Origin: Ancylonema sp.
Lineage: Eukaryota
Assembly (NCBI GenBank): GCA_050230475.1
Contig: JBFLGF010000013.1
Location: 1-64,000, forward strand
Length of the DNA: 64,000 nt
Reading direction: 5' to 3'
Shown here: piece by piece, positions 1-10,923 of the stretch
Numbering within the stretch: position 1 is the first letter of the stretch
How the letters are laid out: every line of letters starts with the position of its first letter
Made by a program: the position numbers and the translations under genes
The notes under the pieces: generated by a model
Told to the model about the DNA's origin: nothing
Database searches by the model: none
What the model saw: only the letters and a program-made list of their open reading frames with translations

Positions 1-524
1 CGGGAATCGAAACGAAGAATTAACGTACGATAATTCTAGGTGTTAGGAGCACACACTAGAGTGGTCCTAACACAACGTCACCAGACGGCGTTTGCAATCA
101 AAGCATTTGTTATGCGTGTAATGTCTACGCCAAGATCACCGATAGTAATCTTGAAAATATCCACAGGTAGGGGGACTCGTCGTATGCGATCAACTCTCTT
201 GTGTGTACACCACGTGTATCTAATTCAAATGTTTGTACTTTAACAATATTTAAATTGGCCCAATTTCCACATCTGTATGCTCGATATGCGTGCGGGCTCT
301 TGTAACAGCGTTTGGTGATAACTTTCGATTCGGCTAGACCGCAATAATCTCACCCTTAAAATTATCGCGAGCGATCCCAATGCTAGGTCAAATATCGTTA
401 AAACCATATATAAACCCCCACTACTTGATTCAAAACCCGTGGGTTGTGGGTATAAAAAAAATCATTTTTTTGGGATTTGGGGGCAGTTGAAAGTAAATTC
501 AAGGGGTGAGGTAAGGAAAAAGCA

Positions 525-622
525 AAAAAAATCGTTAAAAAATCGTTAAAAAATCGTTAAAAAATCACCAAAAAATCACCAAAAAATCACCAAAAAATCA
601 CCAAAAAATCACCAAAAAATCA
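525..622. repeat. 11-bp tandem array, (AAAAAATCGTT)x3 grading into (AAAAAATCACC)x~5
   Basis: Read directly from the sequence. Confidence 0.9.
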
Positions 623-1590
623 TGTAGGGGGTTGAATTAGGTTTATACGTTAGATAACATGGTAAAGTCCCTTATGTGGAATACCGTCGGGATTGGGGGG
701 AGGTCATCCATATGACGGGTTCTTTCATAATACGAATTTAGTTTATGGATGTATATCGGTTCAATGGTCGCGGTACCAATTGGTTACATTAGCAACAAAA
801 ACAAGTTCCCACTACACTCGCCACATTTTTGTCTCTTACACGTGTATTCGCACGTGTATGCACATAAGTACCTTGAAAAAGTCGCCACGTCAACCCCTCG
901 TACGGAAAAATCAATAACTGTTTTCATGTTCCAAGTGATGGGTTCTTGGAAAATTTCCTGTGTTTCAATTTTGACTTTGACTTCGTGTTTTAGCATGCCT
1001 TGTTATAAATTATTCTATATGAAAGAATAAAAACCTCACATCGTGCTTTATGTGTGGCAAGTAAAGTCCCATGCAATATCAATAACATAAACTGATTTGC
1101 GAGTGCCGCATGTATCACACGTGTGTCATCCTTTTTTGTCTCACGCCCGAATTTGTACTTGTCTTGTATTTTGTACCAATTGCACACGCCAGCCGAGCAA
1201 AAGCTTGTGTTGAAGGTGTGGATCCAGCCGAGGCTGAGAAACCCCAGCCCCGAATTCGTACCTACTTAGATTGGCCGGGGATCGGGGTCGTGCTTCTTGG
1301 ATCGCGGGAAGGCCGATTGGGCTGGGTGTCGCGGCCGATGCTGCATCGAGGAATTCTGTGCTGCTTGTTGTATCTGATATGATTACAAATCCATTTCTCG
1401 TCATAACGGACCCGAGCTTCCGTTTGACGCTGACTTGGAACGACCAGCTGAATTGGACAGCTGGTGTCACATCTATTGGTACTGACAGTGAGCGGAATGG
1501 AATACTGTCAACAGCAACATTGATACTGTTAGCAGCCACATAAGTACGAGGGACGTCGAGGCCCTTCAAACCCCTTTTAGAGTACTGAAT

Positions 1591-2155
1591 ATGTCATCTG
1601 ACATGGGAGACCGTCTTGGTGTAGTTCAATGCAACAACGAGTTACCCGCAAATGATGAATTCGATGCTGGCGCTAAAGCTCTTCTTGAAGAGCTGAAGCG
1701 TAAGGAGGGAATGATTCAAACTCTGATGCTGGAGGAAGGAGGGCGAAGGCAGGCTGCTGCGGTAACCGTGGAGGAAGATAACGAGACCAGAGTCATTGAC
1801 GGAATTAGTGGAGAAGGCCTGTGAAGACGCAAAGTTAAAATACATCACTACCTAGCGAGCGGCTGACAGAGCTCGGAAGAAATTGGAGAGGGCTCAGGCT
1901 ACAGAACGGGATATTTTGCGCCGCCAATATCAAGCCATGGACGTGCCCCTTGCGGCTGGACTTGCCAGTTTGAGAGAAACAACATCAGAGTGTGAGCAAG
2001 CGCTCATAAGCTACTTCGAGACAAAGAGATCAGGCCAGGAAGGACAAGATGACCTGGTGTTTAAAAAACTGAGGAAATATCACCTCTTGCGGCGCAAAAT
2101 AGAGGCACACCTGCCACGGACGGCTATGAACTGGGAACAGATTCCCGCGGATTAA
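1591..2155 (+). pseudogene. Possible split or decayed ORF of unknown, charged helical product
   Basis: Two adjacent ORFs (1591-1824 and 1883-2155) in different frames, both with E/R/K-rich protein-like composition. No recognised family. Confidence 0.25.
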
Positions 2156-4852
2156 GTACGAAAGTCATGGGTGAGTCATGTGCGAAGAAACAGCAGTTCA
2201 GAGATCCTATAAACAAGGTTGCCGTATATAGGTAGGTGTTCTGACATCACTATTCTTATATCGTATATTGTATAAGGAGGAAGGCCCAGGTAATATTGAT
2301 GCTTTCGCATGCCCTTTTGCGGGTGAGCTGCATTGTGATTATATATGTATATATGTATATAGGAAGTGCTTTCGATCAGACCGTGCATTTGTACAAAGGA
2401 CTGGTTACCAGTCCCATATTTAGTGTATAAGTAAACCAAGGGACGTAACCATTTTATGGTGTGATACATTTCAGACCGATATGCAAATGTCGTCCGAATC
2501 AGCCTTCTGGCCGGGTCTAAATTATTTATATCGAGAATGTGCTTGAATCAGAAGGTGATCGGACCAATCCATGATGCCAATTTTGTGAACGAGATTTTTC
2601 CGGGCTTTGCAACTTTCACGTCTTCTCATCATCAATATTGGACCAACCTCAACCAACACATAGACACAATTCTCTCGACTAAAAAATTTAATATTGTTAT
2701 CTCATCTCAATAGATCACCCTAATGTGGGTTTATATGTTTACACTGTAGGTGCATTTTAAATCACGGATGAAATATTTGTTTTCGTCAATCTATAGCTTG
2801 ACCACCCTCACAAGTGAACATCACCAAATATTGACGCACACAAGCAAACATCTTAGGAATGTATTTAGTTTTGTCGAAACTTGGTATTGCCCACATCTTT
2901 TCCCCCTGTCATCATTCATACATCATACTAGTTTGTTGCCATTCGCGCATCTCAATAACTTCTTCTTCATTCATGGGATATCTTACTTTTTGTGAGCGGC
3001 ATCAGTGACGATGATTACCCAATATTGAGTGCATATCCGTGACATATCGAAAGCCTCCGACAATGTCACAATCACAATATTAAAACACAACTCTATTTTT
3101 TTTACAAACGTGTTCGAGATTCCTCTAGTTTTGGAACTTCTCATGACCTATGTTTCTATTGCTTGTGGTTATTAGAAAGTGTTGGAATCCGGGTAACCGG
3201 TTGTAATCTGAAATTGCTTAATCTTCAGCCGTAGTCATGTTGATGTGTGTTACCGGTAGTTTGATTTGCATGATGGGTAGTTGGATTGACATTATGTGTA
3301 GTGTGTGACATGATGTGTAGTATGATGGGTAATGTGCAACTAGATGTTTGGTATCGGTCGCATCAGTCATAGTGAAAGTGATTGATGGTTGATGGTTGGT
3401 TGAGATAGATGCTTTGGTGTTATCCGAAGTATATAGGCAAGATATTGATGTTACAATGTCTTAACTCGCACTTAACGTTACTTCGTCATTCAGTCGGATT
3501 CATTATCGTGTGTGATGTGCATTGCTCTTTGCATTATGAATTGCATTCACATTGACTATGCATAATTCCAACTTGTGTGATTGGAACTGAAACCCCATTG
3601 TGAGTGATCTGCCAAGATTGCAGACCCCATGGGTAACAGGAACCAAAGACGATCCAAGACCAATCCGTAAAATGATGCTATAGACATATAGATCACCTCT
3701 TCTCTATATACTTAAAGACATTGAAAATCACATGGGGGAGGAGCTAACGATGACATAATCACGAAAAGTATCGATACGACCCTTGATACGACCCTTGCAT
3801 ATCACAACACGCACCTTGGCATACATCCTTAATGAGACCCAGAGTTGCGCCTCACTTCTGGAATGTCAACAACTAAGCGCTGAGAATGTACAAATGTTGC
3901 GCCCCTTAATTTCCCGAATTTGCGTCAATCTCCGGACCAGCAAGTCAACGTGACCGAGGTTATCGGGAAGCCACATCAGAATTTATGTGTTCAGCATCTG
4001 TTGACTCAAATACCGGCGGACCGGCGCCATTTGCGGTCACCCTCGCAGGGTTCAGAATACTGTTAGCAGCCAAATGGCACCCTCAGGACATTCCACAAAT
4101 GTCCCATTCACACGATGTTGTGTAATTGCATTTATAAGTACATCATTTCAACAGTGGACGGTGCGATGTCAGTCTGCAGAACACGAAGATTTTGCTTTGC
4201 CGCCTATTGCAGCCGATGTTCTCCCAAATTTTCAGGTCACCATAAGAATGCGTCATAATTGAAAACTTTACAATCCTGTGCGGTTATCCGAGTCACATGC
4301 ACGTGGTGTCAATTCGACTCCAGAGCAGAGCTGACGCACGCAGGAACTCCGGTCCTGACGGGCAATAGAGACAGATAGAGATACAGATTAACTTCTTATC
4401 CTCTCTAATATTTTTCGCCATGTAGAGAATTGTGTATGCAGGAGAGTGTAATCTGCCGAAATTTGTCTGCAGCCTTAGGTCTTCTCTTTTCGTGGACTTA
4501 CAGCGAAGAGCACAGAAATTGATGGAGCCTTACATTTAAAAAATCGACTGTAATCTTCAATTTCCTTCCAACTATTTCGTGACTTAGATATCCGAATTGG
4601 TCTCAGATGGCACCAGATGGGCAGTAACATATGATATAGAGTCACTTGTAGATATGACGAGATAAGCATGAGTCCTTCCTGGACCATTTAGTGAAGAGTT
4701 CCGCTCTGCCTGCAGCGGTCCAGCTGAACTTGATAGATTCTGCTACGTCAGCAGCTACCACGGCGGACGGAGGGACACCCGGGCCCGGGGGGGTGGGCGG
4801 CGGCAGGGAGGGAAATGGACTGGTGGGTATTCGTCCCTTGAAGCTGGAAAAG

Positions 4853-7800
4853 ATGACTACCTGGCTGCGCAATATGCAGGAAGAGCAGCGGTCAAAGCTT
4901 TTCAGTGCAGTTTCGGGAGCGGGAGCAGGTACCTTCGTCAAACCTATATTTACATCACCCTACACAACTTACCTACCTCAGCACGGGTTCGTGTGCTTAT
5001 TTTCTGTGGCACATCAGATAGGCTACTGACAGGCCTTCTACACACGAAATCTTAGGCCGTTTTTTGATGTCCCATCGCACAATACTCAGCCTTCTGAGGC
5101 ATGTAGGCCACAGTTCACACTGCCCATCTCTCACTTCCTCTCCACTTCATCCGTTCGTAGGCAGCACTTGCATCACCTCCATCGTCTCCTCATCGCTCAA
5201 CCGTCCAGATGCGACGAGACGAGTGGTTCTGATTTGAACCACCCACTCATCCCAATCCCTTCGCTCCATCCCTATATCCAGGGGCGATTGCCGCCACCTT
5301 TGTGTGCCCCTTGGACGTGGTGAAGACCCGCCTTCAGGTGCAGCGGGCCCCACTCCACGGCCTCCCTGTGCCGCTGCGGGGGGGGGTGATAGCTGGCAGT
5401 CTGAGTGCCATCTGGAAGCAGGAGGGGCTCCAGGGGCTCTACCGGGGCCTCTCCCCAACCATGGTGGCGCTGCTGCCTAATTGGGCGGTGAGCTGGGGAT
5501 GGCTGGGGTCTAGGGCAACAGAGATAAGGCTGGGGTAGGAGGGGCGGATTGAGTGGCAGAGGGCGAAACTCCTCTTCTGCAATGAATTTCGCTTCAGGAT
5601 TTCGAATAAGAATTTCCGAATCAGAGTGTTCCTTCGCATGGGGTGGAAACACCCCCCAATCAACATTCACGTTTTGGAGTGGCTGGTTTTGCAGGTCTAC
5701 CTCTCTGTGTACGAGCACTTGAAAAGGTTTCTCCGAGAAAGTGAGACTCCGCTCTTTATGGGCATTTGTTTACCACACCAACATGGTTGTTATAAAGAAT
5801 CATCTCACACCCGTATTTTTGTACCACGAGGAGACGTGGGTCTGAAAAGTGGGTGGGGTTTGGGGTTCAGATTCCGCGCACAGTAACGGCCAAGCCCAGT
5901 CACGAGGCAAAATGTCGCTTGCCTCGAATGTCACGGCAGCAGCTGGGGCGGGGGCCGCCACCATCCTGGTCACCAACCCCCTGTGGGTGGTGAAGACGCG
6001 CCTACAGGTCGGGGGTGGAAGGATGGTATCTTGTATACACATGAGTGTGCTTCTGTATGTGTGTTTACATTTATGCATGGATTGATGGATACATTCATAT
6101 ATGCATGTGTAAATGGTGTATGTATACATGTATGTATGTATTTATTTATGTATGTATGTATATGTGTATGTGGATTGATGGATACATTCATGTATGCATG
6201 TATAAATGGTGTATGTATGTATGTATGTCTGCATGTATATATATGTATGCATGTATGTAAGTTTGTCTGCATGTGAAGATGCAGGTATGTAAAATTATTC
6301 GCAAGTGTGTATGTATGCATATGTCATCACACAGCCACACGCCTGGTTGCAGACCCAGTCCCTCCGCCCCGGGTTTGTTCCTTACAAGGGCACCTTCTCC
6401 GCAGTGGGGCGAATCGCGCAGGAGGAGGGCATTCGCGGGCTGTACAGGTGAAAACAACAGAAGGACTGTGGGTGGCATGTTTCATCTGTTGGTTTCAGGG
6501 CCCAACAGATGCCATTGGACAGCTGTCACTCTGGTTCACACCTGGCTGTTGCTAGCTGATTTGTTTTGGGTTTAGTTTCACCGGACAGTCATTGTGCACG
6601 ATCCTGTCTGGCATTGCCACATGTCGTGTTTCCGTGTGCTCTCAGGGGTTGGGCTGATATGTTCTCCTTGCACCACCTGTCAGTGGGTTGGTGCCCGCCA
6701 TGGCCGGCATCAGCCACGTGGCGATTCAGTTCCCCCTCTACGAAATGATCAAGGAGAAACTGGCAGAAAGGGGTACGTCGATTGCCAGAATGACAGAATG
6801 GCAGAATGGCAGAATGGCAGAATGGCAACATGTATGCATGGATTGATGGATACATTTATATATGCACGTATAAATGGTGTATGTATGCATGTATGTATGT
6901 ATGTATGTATGTATGTATGTATGCAGGTATGCATGTATGTATTTATTTTTGTATGTGTATGTGTATGATAGTATGATAGTATGATAGTGTGTTTGTATGC
7001 ATGTATGCAGTTTATGTAAGTTTGTATGCATGTTTGTATTTTTTAATGGATACAGGTGTTCATGTATGTATGTCTGTATGTATGTAGGTGTATGTAGGTA
7101 TGTATGCATGTATGTATGTATGTAGGTGTATGTATGTATGCATGGATGTATGTAATTATGTATGTATGCATGTATGTATGTATGTATGTATGTACGTATG
7201 TATGCAAGTTTGTCTGCATGTGAAGATGCAGGTATGTAAAATTATTCGCAAGTGTGTATGTATGCATACGTCGTCACCCAGCCCCATGCCTGGTTGCAGA
7301 CCCAGTCCCTCCGCCCCGGATTTGTTCCTTACAAGGGCACCTTCTCCGCATTGGGGCGAATCGCGCGGGAGGAGGGCATTCGCGGACTGTACAGGTGAAA
7401 ACAACACAAGGACCGTGGGTGGCACGCTCCATCTGTTGGTTTAAACGGATGCGTTTGGACAGCTGTCACTCTGGCTCAAACCACCTGTTGCGAACTGATT
7501 GGTTTTGGGTTTAGTTTCATTAGACAGTCACTGTGCACGGTCCTGTCTCGCATTGCCACATGTCGCGTTTCCGTGTGCTCTCAGGGGCTGGGCTGATGTG
7601 TTCTCCTTGCGCCACCTGTCAGTGGGTTGGTGCCCGCAATGGCCGGCATCAGCCACGTGGCGATTCAGTTCCCCCTCTACGAAATGATCAAGGAGAAACT
7701 GGCAGAAAGGGGTACGTCGATTGTCAGAAAGGCAGAATGGCAGAATGGCAGAAGGGCATAATTCCAACGCAGCTCCCCCGAATTCACTCCCCTCTGGCAC

Positions 7801-8313
7801 TCTATGTGCAGATAACCGGTCGGTTGACACCCTGGGTGCGGGGCGGTTAGCCATTGCCTCCTCTATCTCCAAAGTCATCGCCTCCACGCTCACTTACCCC
7901 CATGAGGTGATCCCTGGGCGGAATGGTACCGGTTTCGGTTTGGGAGTAGGAGGTGAGGGTGGGGGGTAAGAGGGGGGAGGGTGGGGATGGTGTAGGTGGT
8001 TCGCTCCCGCCTGCAAGTAAAAGCGATTGCCGGGGAGCACTTGCGGTACCTGGGAGTGATTGACTGCGTACGAAAGGTGGGGCAAAGGGAGTGGGGGGGC
8101 GAGCGGAGTCTGCTTTCGCCTCTCGCAGCGGGGGGGTAATCGAGAGTTGGTTTATTTTGGGTGCAGATCGCAAGGGAGGAGGGGATGCGAGGGTTTTACC
8201 AGGGGTGTATTACGAACTTGCTTCGAACCACACCGGCCGCAGTCATCACCTTCACCTCCTTTGAGCTCATCTTACGTCACCTACACCACTTGTACTCCCC
8301 CGCCACACCGTAA
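4853..8313 (+). CDS. NDT: Mitochondrial carrier family NAD+ transporter (plant NDT1/NDT2-like)
   Basis: GT-AG exons 4853-4928, 5282-5487, 5695-5740, 5871-6007, [6353-6447 + 6684-6772 or duplicate 7300-7394 + 7623-7711], 7812-7906, 7996-8076, 8167-8313 join in frame. Three carrier signatures: [20 protein letters not shown] (the W substitution typical of NAD/folate carriers) and PHEVVRSRLQ. Also [18 protein letters not shown] and [17 protein letters not shown]. The start Met is the first ATG of the frame and is tentative. Confidence 0.93.
6040..7270. repeat. Degenerate (TATG)n microsatellite blocks and (AATGGCAG)n in NDT introns
   Basis: TATG-rich tracts at about 6040-6320 and 6830-7270; AATGGCAG repeats at about 6790-6826 and 7730-7752. 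Confidence 0.9.
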
Positions 8314-9622
8314 GCGCCCCTCCGCCACGGGAGTGTGAGCGTGAGGGCGGTGTGCAAGAAGGATGGGAGGTCTATGGGAGGAGGAGGGAGAAGAGGAAGG
8401 AAGGAGGAAGGAGGTTGCAGAGGTTTGTGATAGGCCATGGGGTCAGTTGACTTGTGAGCGTGAGGGAGTAGTAGAGAAGAGGGAAGCTGAGACGTAGAGT
8501 GCTAAGGTGTTGCACTCGATTTGGACACAATGTGAATAGTCTATCATCTCTCCTCTAACAGTCAAGTATGGTTATTGCTTATTCCTTGTCCGTGTGACAC
8601 CTTAGTGGTGAGATGATTAGGATCGAGAGGGGTAGCATTAGATTGGACGATTGAGATGATGCCGATACAAAAGAAGAGAAGAGTGCCTCGGTGCGTTGTT
8701 TGTCATGATTGACGCGCGAGGCGTAGAAACGTGCGGAGATGCTTCTCTTCTCATGGTGAAATTGAGCATACCCCGTCATCTCGAGTGAAGTATGCCAAGT
8801 TCCGTTCACACTTGAGAGGGAAATCGTAATAATCGGCAACGTTTGTAAACTTGTGTCTGCGCGTGCCAAGCTCCACTCAGCTTGCATCCAGCCAAGGCTG
8901 GACCACCCAATCTTGACTAGGCACCTCCAATTCGGTAACGATTTACCCCCAACCCCAGTTGCCCCCCCTCAGCTGGGTACGGCTCATATGTCATGGCAGA
9001 GACGTGCATTTTTATGAAAGACATTGCTGAAAGACAATGATTACCCCATCCTAATTCTGGTATGACACTTGTACCCAGGAATTGTGATTGTATAGCGAGT
9101 GGTACAATTTCACAGGGTCACGTTTCACGATTGCGTCACGGGGAATCGTTACCACCCACAAATGAAGCATAAGCTTTCACAACGAATAGTCACAAAACAC
9201 GAAGTATAAAAGCATATTACATATTTTGTATACGCATGGTTTCTTTTTACAACATAACCCCATGTCGACTATGTTGAGACTTACATTCCCAATCAACATT
9301 TTATACAAAGTCATGTGGGTACAAACGCACATATTGTGTAACACTTTGGACCATGTGACAAACAATTTTCTCTATATCAGGCTACTACGCCATATCCAAA
9401 TTGTATGTCTCTTGAGCCTGGGCTACCTATTCCTGCCTCTATGACCCTACATCATTACTATGGCACAAATATCGAAGTGCTTTATCTATGACTAGCCTTA
9501 CTAGGAGGGCAACCACTGAATGCGTCATCATGAAAAGCGGCGAATAAATTCTCAAAATTTGCCGAATTCGTCAATACCACTCTAACAATGCTTTCTCTCA
9601 TCTTCTCTGTGTTCACAACACC

Positions 9623-10111
9623 CTAGCAAGCAGCGTGATCTTTCTCTAATACTGCCATCTCTCCACCCGACCGCGTAGTGATTGGCTTGTGCTGCTCCAA
9701 TATCACCTCACACTCTTGACGCTCTTTCAACTCCACCCTTAGTGCTTCATTCAACTCCCTCTCCATCATCCCTAATGCCTTTTCTTGAGTTTTCATTTTC
9801 GAGATAGCATCCAAAGCCTCCTTTGTTTCCGTGCTCTTCTCGAAAAGTTGACCCCATACTTGCACCACCTTCAATTTCCCTTCGTTCACCTTCTCCGCGC
9901 TGTTTTGAGAATGTTCTTCGAATAGCACCCTAGATGCTTTCAAACTGTCATAGTGTGCCCCTATACCATCGACATTATCCCCCTTACCCCCTTTCTCCTT
10001 CGCCTTCCATGCCTCCACCTCCTTCTCCTCTTTCTCTCCACCTTCCACCTCTCTTCCGCTATAAAGTTGTCTCGGGCGACGATCTCTTAATCCCCAATCC
10101 TCTAACTCCAC
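9623..10111 (-). pseudogene. Unknown coiled-coil-like ORF, with a disrupted second copy at about 12460-13070
   Basis: 162-codon E/K-rich ORF with no ATG start. The duplicate copy is broken into different frames. Confidence 0.3.
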
Positions 10112-10418
10112 TCTAAACAGTGCTGCTCTGGCATGCTAGACAAAGCCCCCGAATGGGCGCATTAGACACAATTTTATCGCCGACTAAGATATATGTCAGG
10201 ATGTGATAGCGTGAGTGAAGGTAAAAGAAGTTGGGAGGAGATCTTCCGAAGCTTAAATGATTGAGAATTCTCACACTTCACGTATGGAACAAGCGAAGAG
10301 ATTGCTAGAGATTTACAAACACGATTGATTGGTGGGACTATAGATGATAATCATGCGTATCGGATTTTTTATTTATGTCTATATGTGACTATCTATGTGT
10401 CCTTTTCTACCTTCTCAN

Positions 10419-10923
10419 AGGGCGGTTAGCCATTGCCTCCTCCATCTCCAAAGTCATCGCTTCCACGCTCACTTACCCCCATGAGGTGATCCCTGGGCCG
10501 AATGGGACCCCACATTTGACCTGGTTTCGGTTTTGGCCCGGTTTAGATTTGGGAGTAAGAGGTGAGGTTGCGGGGTAAGAAGGGGGGAGGGGGGGGGATG
10601 GTGTAGGTGGTTCGCTCCCGCCTGCAAGTCAAAGCGATTGCTGGAGAGCACCTGCGGTACCTGGGAGTAATTGACTGCGTACAAAAGGTGGGGCAAAGGG
10701 GGAGGGGGGCGAGTGGAGTTTGCTTTTGCCTCTTGCAGTTGGGGGGTGATCGAGAGTTGATTATTTTTGGGTGCAGATTGCCAAGGAGGAGGGGCTGAGA
10801 GGGTTTTATCAGGGGTGTATTACGAACTTGCTTCGGACCACACCGGCCGCAGTCATCACCTTCACCTCCTTCGAGCTCATCTTACGCCATCTACACCACT
10901 TGTATTCCCCCGCCACACCGTAA
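10419..10923 (+). CDS. NDT: Second, diverged copy of the last three NDT exons (5' end truncated at N 10418)
   Basis: Exons ~10420-10486, 10607-10687 and 10779-10923 have intact splice sites and the same stop codon. Differences from copy 1 are mostly synonymous. Confidence 0.8.

Noticed and set aside
1..72. GTTTCGATTCCCG (minus strand) resembling a tRNA T-loop, and a small hairpin at 41-72
   Set aside because: No A-box or cloverleaf, and the sequence is cut by the window edge.
5800..7444. Many Y/I/H/T/M/C-rich ORFs
   Set aside because: These are translations of TATG microsatellites in NDT introns.
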